From the NCBI GenBank assembly GCA_047495785.1, contig JBLDXI010000016.1:186001-250000 (forward strand): a stretch of DNA of 64,000 nt, written 5' to 3'. A model generated the notes under the pieces. That model was not told the origin of the DNA, made no database searches, and saw only the letters and a program-made list of their open reading frames with translations. The stretch's first letter is position 1. Every line of letters begins with the position of its first letter. Source of the stretch: Lepidodermella squamata (Eukaryota > Animalia > Gastrotricha). This document shows positions 46,154 through 59,199 of the stretch, piece after piece. The position numbers were made by a program, and so were the translations under genes.

Positions 46154-47293
46154 TTAAATGTACCCAGTACCCCGAGCAATGTGAAGAGCGTGGCTGTTAA
46201 CCCCAATGAAGAAAACAGCAGCAACCACTAGCACGAGAAGATCTATGAATCTCCCTCTACTGAGATTCTCTTTTGCAACGCACCTGAACTTAATTGGTTC
46301 TTTGAACCAGGTTTTATACGCCCTAGTAACGCCACAAGATGCCAGAGAGTATACGGTACATGTCCATGAGAAAATTGAACACAAATCCGTGTAGTTGCTA
46401 AGAAACATTCTCTGAGGCTTAGGCGGAATCCTGCTTATGATACTACCCTGGAGAAAAGTTAACGCTAATAGTATGGTAACAGCAAATACTGGTCTGTCGG
46501 GCATATCAGGCAGCATGAAAAAAGTAAACAATTGAAGGCTTGACAACACAAAAGCTGGTATCATCAAATTGTAAATGAAAAATTCAGGTTTTCTCTTGAA
46601 ATAGAATGTGAAATGGGCAGCGCTTCGGTTGCCAAAAGCTTCAACGTAATCAAAACTTTGCTTCCAGCCCAGATAGGTCCATTCTAGGCCACAGTTCATG
46701 AATAGCTTGTCAACTGCTGAATAAGATACTGGCCCAAAGACAGCGCCATGAATCATCTCCTGCATAATGAAAGAAACTGAACAGTTTTGCGAGTCGAACG
46801 GAAACAGGCTGAAGTCCATTGGGCACAGCGATTTGAGAACGCCGACTCGCTGCCAGAAAAGCCCGACATTTTCAGTTTTTCCAGGGTCATATAAAATCAA
46901 CATGCGACTTGTGAAGCCGTTCGACATTGCAAAGTCTTCAATCGCGTTTTTGTGATGGAAATGAGGCTGCCAAACTTGGTCTCGCTCCACATTTGCCATA
47001 AGATCAAATGGCTGCGTATAGTTCGAGCATGAGACGTACCATTCCGTTACCACGCTCCCTGAATGTATCATAGTCTCTTCCGAATCGATGATCGCATGGA
47101 AGCGATGCGGCATTAAGCCGATTTGGACATGAACAGGCGAACAATCCGTCACATTTAAATGGTTGCCGCGTTTGCAAAGCGGAGCGTAAACCCCTGGTTG
47201 AAGCATTTCACAGGATTCTAAGATATCTCTGTTGTAGAACTGCGCCATGGCCGTGAAAGCGAGGCCAAGGTAAATTATTAATTCGAAAATCAT
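46154..47293 (-). CDS. Non-canonical Cys-loop receptor subunit, copy 15
   Basis: 379-aa ORF; Cys-loop CPMDFSLFPFDSQNC; 4 TM. Confidence 0.93.
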   Translation of the reverse strand: MIFELIIYLGLAFTAMAQFYNRDILESCEMLQPGVYAPLCKRGNHLNVTDCSPVHVQIGLMPHRFHAIIDSEETMIHSGSVVTEWYVSCSNYTQPFDLMANVERDQVWQPHFHHKNAIEDFAMSNGFTSRMLILYDPGKTENVGLFWQRVGVLKSLCPMDFSLFPFDSQNCSVSFIMQEMIHGAVFGPVSYSAVDKLFMNCGLEWTYLGWKQSFDYVEAFGNRSAAHFTFYFKRKPEFFIYNLMIPAFVLSSLQLFTFFMLPDMPDRPVFAVTILLALTFLQGSIISRIPPKPQRMFLSNYTDLCSIFSWTCTVYSLASCGVTRAYKTWFKEPIKFRCVAKENLSRGRFIDLLVLVVAAVFFIGVNSHALHIARGTGYI

Positions 47294-47724
47294 GACTTAT
47301 TTGCTGGATAATGATAACTGAGCAAATGAGCATTTTGTGATTGGCTTCGCGAGAGCTTTCCATTTTTCAAATTTCCGGACTACGGTGACTCAATCCTCTT
47401 GATTGAATCATTTGTTTGCACTTTCGATGCACTTTCGAGGAAATTCGGAAAAAAAATCCGCATGAGTCCTAACCCGTTGTACTGACATGAAAAAATCAGA
47501 TTTCCCCGTGGTCTGACGATGCATTTCGCGTTTCTAAGCCAACTTTTGCTGAATATTTGATTGCTTGCTCAGATGATGATGGGTTTTGAGTAAACACTGA
47601 AAATCTATTTACTATTTCCACCGATTAGTAATTTTGACCTAGTTACATATTCTGAAATACTTATTTTTTTTTATTTTCGCTGTAATATTTACACAACTCT
47701 TATGGGCAAGGATCTCTACGAAAA

Positions 47725-48338
47725 TTAAAGGCTTCGTATGAGTCCGATCAAAGTGCTCATGTCCGCAATCGGTGCAATCCCACAAGCTATGGCTATAATG
47801 ATCCCGATGATGTTCGCACATGCGCACTGATGGCAGTCGTATCTCCCTCCCAAATTATTGTATTTTGAGTCAGTCTCATTCCATGCGAGCGTTTGGTGGG
47901 TGAAATTCGTCTCGTTCATCGTAAATTCGTCGCTGATCATTGTTTTGTTGGTATTGGGGCCGGGCGATGAGACCAATGCTGGGACAATCGTGCCGAAAAC
48001 CGCCAAATGTGATATTATCGATAGGATGAGTGTTGTAAGGGTGACTAAAACAGCATTAACATCATTTTAATCTTGGAAAAAGGAAATTTCTCACCTCCAA
48101 TTGCGCACATTATCTTTCCATTCCTCAGAGTTAACGTCGCGATAACGTTCATAAATAATACGAAGACATTTCTTCCCAGTAACAGGCAGTAAGCCGCGAA
48201 GAACAGATCGAAACGGCCTTGGTGTCTGCCCTGAATGGTGCAGATGAGTCCGGCTAAGGCAACCGATATCGATGTGAGGTTGATAGCGATTTGAAAGAAC
48301 AGCTGGCACTTCTGCGATTGCTCGTTCGGCTTAGGCAT
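47725..48338 (-). CDS. Orphan four-transmembrane protein, 2 exons (48095-48338, 47725-48044), 187 aa
   Basis: G|gtgag...ttttag|TC 50-nt intron joins two ORFs in frame; four hydrophobic segments; large loop between TM3 and TM4 with four N-x-T sequons and a CHQCAC motif. Confidence 0.65.
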
Positions 48339-48724
48339 GTTCAGCTGCTGTCAAATTTACAATCTCTAGTAAAATATCAGTAAAGGACGGCGAGAAATGT
48401 TGCCTCGTTAGCGATGAATGGCCTTGATTATTCGTGGTATCCAGTCCGGCTATTGAAATCATTCCTATTCAGTACATACAAATCAAAAAGAAGCTCTAAC
48501 CACTTCAAAAACATTCAGAGAATTTATTGACAAAATCACCGTTCTATTCATTCTATTGCATTCAACCACGTGATGCTACATTCATTTTTGGCCCATTCAA
48601 AGCGCGTTCTTAACAAAAGTACCTTAAGCCATCGAAAGTCGAATCGTACACATTTTGGATTAAAAGAAACCTAGCCATAGTTGTTTAGATAATAATAGTA
48701 TTCCCATAGGTATAGTCATTTTAG

Positions 48725-50460
48725 TCAAATGTTATTCCGAATACCGTCAGGAATTTCATCCAATTTAGGTAGAGCAGCCATAGCTGGTAGAGTGATGAAT
48801 ATCAAAAGAGGCGTGAGTGTAACGGCCGTTGCATAGAAAATGACCGTGTAGCGCTCCAATTGCGCTGCACAAGCTCGCCATTTTCGTCGCTCAAAAGCCG
48901 CTGGCGAATCGCTATCTGGCAGCAGGTCCATTTTCGCTGTTTGGATGCCTAGAACATTTCGAATCGGGAACACATCGAGATCTATCTTCTGCCTAGGATC
49001 GTCGTCGTCCGGCTTTCCATTCCCATTAGCGTGGACGTGATTAATTGTTAGAGGCTGGGTTTCTTTGCTTGAAGTCGAATTATGCAACAAACTCGGGGTA
49101 TTTTGATAATGCCGAGGTTTCACAAACAACACTTTCATGAGCCAAGGTGGGGTTTTCTATATAATCACAATAAAAACAAAATTCAAAACGTTCGAGATTC
49201 TTACCTTTGAGTTGAAGCCCTGCTGTTGCATCAGATAAACCAAAGCTTCACCGGTCAATGTCACGGCAATGTAGGCCATTTGCAAGTCGAAATAAATTGA
49301 CATGAGTGGGTCATGCTCTGAAGTTCGCGGCATGTCCACTCTCACTGTTGTCTAAGGAAAAATAAAGAAAAAATTAGAAAATCTAGATAGAGAAGAATCT
49401 TCTTGAATCTTCTCGGATATTTCCTAAAATTTGTCATAAATTAAAAAATTTGATCAAACCTGGAATACAGCATAAGACAGGAGGCAAGTAAAAATAATTT
49501 GCAGCTTTGTAACTTCAGCAAGTGGCAGCGAAAAAGCGACCAGTTCCACGCCAGCAAAAATAATCGACGGAATGATTATCATAATTGTGTAATATCCCGA
49601 TTTTCTCCTCAGCAACAACCGGAAAGTCGCAGCTGGGTAGCAGTAGGACAACGTATGCGTGTAAATATAGCACACGTTGAACGCCCTAGCGTAGGTGTCA
49701 ATCAAATCCCACTGCTCATTTTCGCCGTAGCGATGCAGGTTAACAGGCGGGTTTGCCAAATAGAAAATTTGCTGTTGTAGGATATAACTCCAACTTTCGA
49801 ACTTGTAGTCGCAAACTTGCGTGTCGAAAGGGAAGTAGGTCAGGTCAAATTGGCAAAACGTTGTGACAGTAGCCTCTGGGAAGTACTCGACGGCTCCGTT
49901 CGAGTGAACCACCGTCATCATGCCTCGTGAGTTCATTAGAGCGTACAAATCGCCTGAATTCGTTAGGGCGATGTCTGGAAGCCAGATTTTAGTGTTAGGA
50001 TATGCGAAGAGCTTGACGTAGGAGTAGGACGTGTTTTCCCAGGTTAAATATTCGTCCCACCATTGAACGGTCAGCGATGCAGTTGCTATAATTTGATGAG
50101 TTCGTTCGATCTGAAAAATCAAAACCAGTAAAGTTTAAGAAGTAAATACTAGGAAAATGTACTATTTCATTCAAGGCGTAGAAGCTTATGCCGATCGAAA
50201 CAGCAATTTGTTGGGAAGCATCCCGTCTTGGCCGGCAATCACTGGAATAGTTTTGGAACAAATAACGGATAAGCTCGTATTCGGAAGTGTAGTTGGATGC
50301 ATTAACTGAAACAACAAAGTTTGAGAATGTTCAAATACGCTATTTTTCCGATTTAACCTTCATATTTATTCATAACTGTGGAAGAAATTTCGTTGCTTGT
50401 TAGCATAGCAGCCAGAGGCAAGTTTTGAATTAGCAACATCAACAAAACAAGCGTCTGCAT
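48725..50460 (-). CDS. Intron-containing nAChR-like subunit, 5 exons (50358-50460, 50163-50305, 49460-50110, 49205-49351, 48725-49156), ~491 aa
   Basis: Canonical motifs LFQNY..RP, WWDEYLTW, IWLPDIALTNS, CQFDLTYFPFDTQVC, SWSY, LRRK; long M3-M4 loop; all four introns GT-AG and frame-consistent. Confidence 0.88.
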
Positions 50461-52710
50461 TTTCTCAGTCTTTGAATATTAAAAAATATCAAGTCATGGC
50501 TTCTCTATAAAAGCAAAACAAATTCAGAAAATTAGAAGATTTGTGTCAAATTAAACAGAAATCCTCAACATTTTTGCGATGGCCTACTTTTTTCTTCTGC
50601 ACGTGTTCCGATGCAAAATCAGTTGAGGAAATTCAATTGCGTGTTTTTCTCGTGGCGTGCATTATTTGTATGGCGATATTTCATTTTCAACACAATCCGG
50701 CTTATTGAGCCGCGTAAGAAAAGGCGACTGATAGCAGAAAAAGAAGGAGCGCAAAAAGAGGAAACGTAAATACATATCAGGAGAGATGCGCGAGCGCGGT
50801 ACTCGAGTGGGAATTTTAGGGACGCGGCTGTTGTATAAAAAAACGTGCCTATAGCATTGTGATTATCCCGTCTGTTCGCAATCAATCAATAGGATTTCGC
50901 TTTCTTAGTAAACGGAGTTCTTCAGTGAAACTCCTAGGATTTAGTTTTATCGCAGATTTTTCTCGCAGCTCTGTACTTATTATTTTAAAACTATTAGTTA
51001 CCTATTATTCTTGATATTCTGAGACGCCTGAGGAGGTAAAATGATTTGATGAATGTTAATTCGACGAGGAAGCTGCTAATCCTAGGATAGGACAACACAT
51101 CCATAATAGTATTCCTGGGATTAATGAAGCGGAGCTAAATATTCATCATCTTCTGTCATTTTATTACCATTTCAAGCTGTTGAGAGGTTAGAAAGGTTCT
51201 TAAAACTGCTGAAAGAGATACGTAAGATCGATTAAACACATTTGATAACATACTTATGTTTATCTAAGCAATTAGTCTTGGCCGGAGAATTAGAAACGCT
51301 AAGTCTGAAAGTTGGAGATTCAATTGTTATACATAGCTAAGCCCTGTAAATGCGCGAGGTTAGAACCTCGAAACAGGGTTTCCCTGCTATGACTTATCGA
51401 ACTCGGTGTACGATAACTCCAATCCCAATGTACCTCGAACACTGAAAGGTGAGAAGTTATAATAATGATTCCTGATTCACTACGACTGAACCAGTTTTTG
51501 TCCAGCGCCGAAATCGTCCTTTGAATCTGATATATTTTTGTTATATTGCGTATAAAGGCTTTTCATGGGGGACTATTAAAAATGAGCGTGAACAAGTGTT
51601 TGATCAATCCCGCAGGATACATTCGTATGAATCGATTTGATTGTATACACGCAATTGTAAAGTAGACAACATGGCTTTCGATGCAGTACGTGGGGGAGTT
51701 AATTGGGTGAAACAATAATCGATTTGCTAGTGACGTAATACTAATGATTTTATTGACTCGCCTGTACATGATTTGAAAGCGCGATGATTGAGTTGAGTGG
51801 AGTAAAATGTGGCAAAAATTTTATAAAATAACGCCCTATTGTTTTTCTCCGCGTATGATACTTGAAATGGTGACAAGAGGGAAAAATGAGCGTGAAGTGA
51901 GTGTGACCTATACAGAAAAAACTCAAGTTCGCCAATTCTTATGACAAACCTGAAATCATGCATGAAAAAATGGGGTTTTCTAAGCCAGAGAACAGAAACC
52001 GAGCTGAAGTGCCCATGTTTAGGAACATATATGATGTGATGTATGATTGAGAAGAATGAAAAGCAGACCACGAGGTTTCCCCAGCTCAGCAAAGCGTCTT
52101 TTCAATTTCCTTTAGTTTTTGGTATGTATGATTGTGTATGATTGTGGTATGATTGTTGTATCACCGTTTCCTCGATAGATCGCAACGCGCAATATTAATA
52201 CCATATTAATACTCTCTTCAATAGGAAAAATGAAACTTAAGCCAACGATCGAAAATACCGAAAGCAATTTGATCGATGAACTGTTTCTTGAAGATAGGCT
52301 GGCAAGGAAAGCTGCTGAAGGCACAGGAAGCCAAATAGAATTCAGGCTCAAGAGTTCAACGAGCTTAGATTTAATTACTAAGCTCGATTCGTCCAAGTTT
52401 CGGCTTCACTTTATTTATATATCTTCTGCGTTATTTTGACAAGCGGAACAGATTTCCCGGTTGATAAATAATAATGATGGAATTAATCGAAGTCAGAAAA
52501 TCACTGGTTAGCCGTCGAAGAATATAGTATGGTGTGTCGCGCGGACTCCTCTACATTTGTATTAACTTCAGGAGTAAGTGGTATAACGTTGCATTTCTAC
52601 TGAGCATTGTGCAATACTCGAGGTCAATAAAGCAATTGAGGGAAATAAGGAAAAAATAACGCAGTTTATGCAGAAGAGTTATAGAAATGATGTGCCGTAG
52701 TTTTTCCTGC

Positions 52711-55700
52711 TCACTTGATTAATCCTAAGCATAGGTCGATGTTTCGGGCGAACGGGAAGTACTTGTTGTAACGATCGACCTGCATGTTCATGGGACATGG
52801 AGAAGCTTCATTCATTTCAAAAGGCAAGACTCACCTCCACTTCACCAGCATCGCACTTGCCATCACATCTTATCCCTCTGCTCGCTGATGAGCACTTCCT
52901 GGCAGTCTAATAACGCAAACTCGTGTTAAAGAAGTACTTAGCCAGAGGAAAATGAATCAAAATTACCGCTATGCCGCATTTATCCTCGTAAACAGCCCCG
53001 TGACTCAGGAATGTGAATTCAGTGGCGCTGTTGCACTGGCGACGGCAAGCTGTGAATCGCTTGGTGGCCTTGGATCCACATCGGAAGCGGATTTTATCCG
53101 ACACTGTATTGTTTGAGGTGGAATTCGTGCTATTTACTGATAAATTAAGACAAAGGCATTTAATGTTGGGAAGAATTGTTTGACAATTTTACCAGTTGAC
53201 AGAGCAATTGGAATGTCACAACTCTCGGTTTGGCTCCGAGCATCGTCTGTGAAGCAATAAGGACCAGTCGCTCGCGACTCGGGGTTTCGACAGAAATTTT
53301 TCGATTCGTTGACCAATCCGCGGGGGTATTGGAAATGCACGTAAAGATTCGTTGTAAAGTCTGGCGGAACGGGCCACGACTTGCACGTCAGGCCAGACTT
53401 AGTCGTCGAAACTTTGCCTTCGTAGTCGTAGCCACTCGCTGTCAGTCGCAGCTCAGTCTTGTCATCAGTCAGGCAGGATCGAGCAACGAGTCTGAATCCT
53501 TTACCAGGGCTCTTTGAGTTTGCTCTGAAGTGAACGACGGCTGTATTCCCAGCAGTCTCGTAAATTCTGCCTGAGCTAACGCCGTAAGAGCAGATTCGCA
53601 AGTAAGGTTTTGTGCCATCAATCGGATCGCGAAATTCGACGTAATCGAAGCACGATTCGTTTGTGGTTGAATAGCCGCTTCGCACTACGTATGAATACAC
53701 GATAATACATAACGATATTACAGGATGAATCAAATCGATGAAAACGTTAACGCTCACCCGCTCCGACAGTTAGATCAGGCTTGCCATCAAAACCAAACGC
53801 AATTCCAGCCTGAAATATTGAGAAAATAATTTTCATAGGATTCGAATTCAAAATATTATTACCTGACCACTGATAATTCGCCATGAGCAAACGGTACCTA
53901 AAGGGTAATTGTTGGGGTAGTTGGGTGATTCGATGAATTGCGAGACACACGGCTGCAGATTTATGACACCGCCGCAAGTTTCACCTGAGAAGGGAGGCAA
54001 AGCTTCGCACGTTGGACCACCGAAGCCGGGTGGGCACTTGCAGCTGCTGCAATTTCTAGGATCCTGATAGCCTCCGTATTTACAGCTCGGAACAGGTCCG
54101 CTGCATTGGGCTATGGAGATTACATTATTTGACCGATAACGAGTGAATTGTGGAGTTTGGCGTAGTTCAAATATTTTGCGGCAAATGAAAAACGTGTGAT
54201 GACTTGAAGCGGGACGATCCCTGGGTTCCTATTCCTAGTTTTCCTGTGGATTTCGAATTTTCAAAATTCAGGCCTCTTGGAGGGTCCCATTCCTCAATAG
54301 ACGGGAGACCCTTAACTGTCGCCAACAGGCTTATTGATTTAGGTTGACGTGGAAGCACTAGCTTCCATCCACAATTCCATCCACAATCTCGCAAGATTCC
54401 TCATCTCAGATAACCAAAAATCTCTACGACACATAAATAAATAACAGCATAATTTATTGCGCGACGGATTAATGCAATAAAACGTTTTAAGCGCGCTTTT
54501 TATAACATTTCAATTTCCACTCCTTGTTGATTGATCATTACGGCGTTATCAAAATCTATCGATTTCGATTCGAAAATTCCGCCAAACCCCACTTTTCTTT
54601 TGCTAACGGTCATTCTTGCTACTTTTCATAAGTGGAAAACTTACTTATCCTAACGCTCTAACGCTCAAACTAAACTCACTGCCGTATACAGTGAGCTGTG
54701 GAAAATCACTCGGAAAATCACTCACTCAAGCAGTCGCAGATCAAGTTGAAATATTTGAGGTTGTTAAATGAGGGTAGCGGCGCATTCATGGCACCAACGT
54801 AGCGCCAGTCCTTCGGCTGGAAATCACCATCGTCTTCGAGTGGATGCGTCATAGTAGCTGAGGCGTAGTCGAACGGCACCCCGGAGTCATTGAAGCCAGT
54901 TTGAAGATAGTATGCCCACCTTAGATTAAAAAAAGAAAGGGTAATGCAACGACTTTCGTTGGAAGGCTCACTTGTTATTCACGGCAATGACGTAAATATA
55001 ATCATCTCGATCAGGTCGAGTATGCTCTAATGGCTGAAAATTTGCAGATATATTAAAGACATGAAACTGATCAAATCAAGTTTGACTTACAATGCCCAGA
55101 ACGATGGCTAAGGAGCGATGAATTGCCTGTTTGAAAAACAGTTATCACAGGAGTACAAATGAGTAAAAAATGCTATCACGGGCTTTCTAAAACTGGGGTC
55201 GCCGGCCTTTTTGTGGGTCGCCGAGTCTGCTAGGGGTCGCGGGGGTCGCTTGATGATTTATCTAAAATTTGATTATTGCGAAAATATGGTTCAGTTTTAG
55301 TCACTCTTCCTAACAAGTCTTCCACAACAGCTTCGCTTCAAACTTATATTAGAGTGAAACCGGTAGAAAATGCGGTCGAGAGCCGAGTTCAGGTAAAGGT
55401 TCTTGAAGAAATTATGGGGATTATGGGGAATATTTTGAGATATTTTATGCTTGGAAGCCTAATAATTTTTAAGCATATTGGCGTGATCTTTTTGCAAAAA
55501 TTATGAATCATCACCCATGCAAAAAATGCAGCGATGATTCATAATTATTAGCTGTTGTTCGCACTAAGATTGTTTCCCGCACTGCTCGGGGTCACAGCCT
55601 GGTAAATAATTTTGGTTTGGGGTCGCCAAGGGTTAGGGGATGAGAAGCATCCAACAGTTTTCAAATATGAAGTGCATTTGTTGACTTACGTCTATTCTCG

Positions 55701-57352
55701 CATCGATATTGCTCGAGGATGTTCCAGCCTCGGTGGCCTGATCCGTACCTCTGAAAGATCATTTCAACTTTGAAAAACTGCCTATATTTTTCAAACAAGC
55801 TTACTCTTCTGTGGAGGCTTCGGACACCATTAGATATTCCTGCTTTGAGCTGTTTTCAATCTTGTAATCGAGGCAAGTGTGTTGCTTGTAGAAATTGAGC
55901 GCAGCCTCGAATTCAGCCACAAAATCAGGGGCTGTGAAGCAAAAAACAACTCAGAAGTAGAGACGAAACTATTAATGAATGTTCACTCACAAACTTTCGT
56001 ATAATATAGGCTGATAGGTTGAGGCCAACAGACAGACGATGCAGCCTTGAGACTTGGAATTTCGCCATCGCCGTGTCGCTGTGCCATATAGTTATCGAAC
56101 TTCTTCTTCGGCAAATTGTTTTCTCTGAAAGGCGCCTGTATTAAAAGATACGGAGGTTTTGATAAGCAACTTTATTTAACAACGAGGCCCAGTTATTATG
56201 ATAAATCATATGAATTTTAGTTATAATATAAAAATGACGTAATAAAACGAACAATAAAATTTGTGCAAAACACATCTTAACTCCAAAACCATTATAGAGG
56301 TTAAATTTTGAAACAAATTCGTAAGAAAATATAAATTTTATTTACCATGCTTTCGAAGATCGCGTTATCGGCTCTTGCAGGCTACAAATCAAACATCACA
56401 TTATTTTAAGCAACAAATCATGCACTACAAACGTACACTCATGGCTATAACCGAGATGAGGCAAGCCAATGGCAGCGAGAGAAGGTTGACCATTCTGAAT
56501 ACCATTCTGAATACTCGAGAAAGCTTCGTCGATTCGCGTGAAATGATATATTTTACCGTCGAAATTAGACTTGAAACAGTTTGATTTGTTTGGATGAAAT
56601 GATTTACGTGCAAGTATACTGATTCGTGTTTTCGAAAATTGTTGTCGTAATTCGCACGAGCTACACACGAGCTTTTTTACACGCGATCATTAAATACACC
56701 ATTCATGTGCTTTTTGTCATTCATTTTTCAATCTCTAAAAAATTACTCTTAAAAAAATTGCTCTGCTTTTTGTAGCTTTTCAGCGAGGGAACCGATGGCC
56801 ATACCGCTTCTGCTGCTATCGACCACTCAATCACGCGGCCAATCCATCACCAGGCCATGTCAAACCCATACAAGGATCCCGCCTCCCCACCGGGTGCGTT
56901 CTTTGCGAAATACAGTGCTACCCCGCTATCTGCATGGGGGCCGGGTCCAGGGTCGTGCAATTATCGAGGGAGACAGCCAACGGGGGCTGTAAATGAGTCA
57001 GGGATTAAGTTTGAGCGAGTTGCTAGCCAGATGGCGCTGAACAAACAGTAAACATGACAACGCGTCTTGATTTTTTATTTCGCCTCTTGACCCTTTTTAT
57101 TCAGAGCGGAAAATCGCATCCACGAAAATTGTTTACGTTACCTCGTGATTTTTTGTACTAAGGCATTCACGATAAATATCAACTGTCTCGGCAACTGTTG
57201 GGACACCTGAGTTATCATTTTAAATTTAAAAATATTTAAATTTTCAAAAACTTTCAGAGTTAAATTTCAAGATCTAGGCTACCAGCTATCAACAGAAATA
57301 ACGACCGTATTTCATATGCAGAGGCGTAGGATCCCGGTAGAATAGTAATCAT
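52711..57352 (-). CDS. Astacin-like (catalytically dead)-EGF-CUB-kringle multi-exon gene, copy A; 5' end uncertain
   Basis: Exons translate to CWPQPI, FYKQHTCLDY, EHTRPDRDDYI, PFDYASATM (Met-turn), CKYGGYQDPRNCSSCKCPPGFGGPTC (EGF), ESPNYP..CSWRI/DYVEFRD (CUB), YEGKVSTTKSGLTCKSW..NFCRNP..GPYCFT (kringle) and a Cys-rich tail ending TGA at 52711. Confidence 0.8.
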
Positions 57353-59199
57353 CGACAGGCAAATCGGCGGAGTGAAAGCCGGCCTAGTCGGAAAATCTGC
57401 CAGTAGCTCCCGCCGCCCCTCCCCGGGATGTTACGATTTTCAAAGTCAAATTCAAATAATTAAAATGATTAAAATATTGCACTTAATCGCTAGGATATTG
57501 AACAAATCAACGGTGAATAAGTAGACGCCAGTTTCATGCCAGTCTTGTCTTGTTATGAGAGTAAATCCATGTACTACGAAACACAGTTGCATCTCATAAT
57601 CAGAATGCGGAACTCTTGTTTGTCGACTCTGTGTTCATTTGCAAACAAAATGTTTTAGCCAGTGGCAAATTGGATCGCTGGCTAACTTCCGTTAGAACCC
57701 GTTTTACAGAGGTTAGTGGCCCAGCCTCAGCGATCCATAGAAAATAAACGCGTGCAGACCTTTCGAATAATATTTTTAAAATTTGCCAGTTATTATTTAG
57801 TAAAATATGTGTTGGCATATAGGATTTGACCAAGTTAACCTGTGGGACCGCTGATTAATAACGGTAACTAATTGGTCTGCCAACATCAGCAACATGGGTA
57901 TTTCATTGTGAATTGTGAATTCGGTCATTTAGGCATTTTTAGTTGAAAATTAGCTTTTTCGTGCTTTTCAATCCAGAACTTTCGTTCTATTAAGCCTATT
58001 GGAATGGTTTTACGACTTATTCAGCAGTGACATTTGAGCTAATAATTATCTTCGCTGCATTTTTTGCAAAGTGATGATTCATAATTTGTGCAAAAAGATC
58101 ACACCAAGCATAGATAATAATTAAGATCGGAACCTGCCATTGTGTCAACACTTCAAGGTGCAAAGGTCACCCTGTGCAAAGCTACATTTTGTGCGTTTTG
58201 TTGAGCCATGTGCGCCTAGCTAAATGCATGTAAAATCAAACCATTTTTAAATCCATTTTTTGAAAAACGTCATTTTTGTAATTTATTGGTAATTTGTGCC
58301 CTGGAACTGTTTTTCCGCTCTTTCAAACGAGACCAAGCTCGGATTCCTAGGACCTTCGCAAGGCCACCTAGATATTCGCAAAGTAGGTCACAAAATCACG
58401 AAGATCGAAATTGTTCGATTATGTCGGGGCGGAAAAAAATGTTGAAATGTGGTCGGAAAATTCCGGAAACAATTATTTCTTTTACCAGGATGGGCTAAGC
58501 TATCGAAATATATAACTGTTATCCATGTCCGATTTTTTGCTGGGAATTTTCCAGTAATTAAAGGGAAATTGTTGTAAGACTGCTCAATGCTCAATGAAGA
58601 GTTTTATTCAATTTTCAACTAAAATAAATCCCAGTTTTCAATGTATTAGATCACAACCCAATCGAAGAAGATAATTTTACCTTACTTGATGCCGATATGA
58701 TCGGCCTTAGACCCTATGGCGCATCATCAGTGGTACTTGAAAAGCGCGCGCCGAATATACGCCAAAATTCAGGCCGCCTAAGCTGTTAAGCGGCAAAACG
58801 CACTGTAGCAGGTGTTCGATCGGTTTATGATCAGCGCGATTATAGGTCGTGCTTAGAATTGCAATTTAAGACGCTAGTGGTAGGCTGAACATGCGGCAAG
58901 TTCTGACTACAATGTACTGGCCAGCCGAGCTTCACAAATTAGACCGGACAAATCTGGTGTGGCGTAAACAAGCGCGCTTGTACCTATGTTTGGGAGGCAT
59001 AATCACTCATTTAGCGCGTATTCACTTAGTATACTTTATTTAAATAAACAATTGAGCAGTAAAATTTGAGCTGCGACATTTGCACTATGACAAATCATCA
59101 GCGTCAATCCAGCAGTGATTTTTATTCATTTATCCCACCTTTTTTCAAATGCAATATTTCATCTCAGCGAAATTTGCGCATTGACATTTGCGCAGGGAC

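Noticed and set aside
843-46955. Many 60-120 aa ORFs overlapping receptor genes on the antisense strand or in other frames
   Set aside because: Shadows of the true CDSs; they recur only because the host genes are paralogous
569-47293. Prokaryotic pLGIC (GLIC/ELIC) origin or bacterial contamination suggested by intronless genes with short M3-M4 loops
   Set aside because: True disulfide Cys-loop, N-glycosylation sequons, and neighbouring spliceosomal introns and eukaryotic TEs
569-47293. Direct orthology to cephalopod chemotactile receptors or a named nAChR subunit
   Set aside because: Only analogy is visible; the motifs (PDRP, His clusters) differ and no phylogeny could be run, so no gene symbols are given
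55175-55650. ggggtcgc-rich hAT/Charlie-like remnant in an astacin intron
   Set aside because: Termini and TSD could not be resolved
56780-57060. GC-rich intronic island as structured RNA/ribozyme or CTCF-like site (gccagatggcgc)
   Set aside because: No ribozyme core identifiable; a single short motif is expected by chance; more likely a TE fragment
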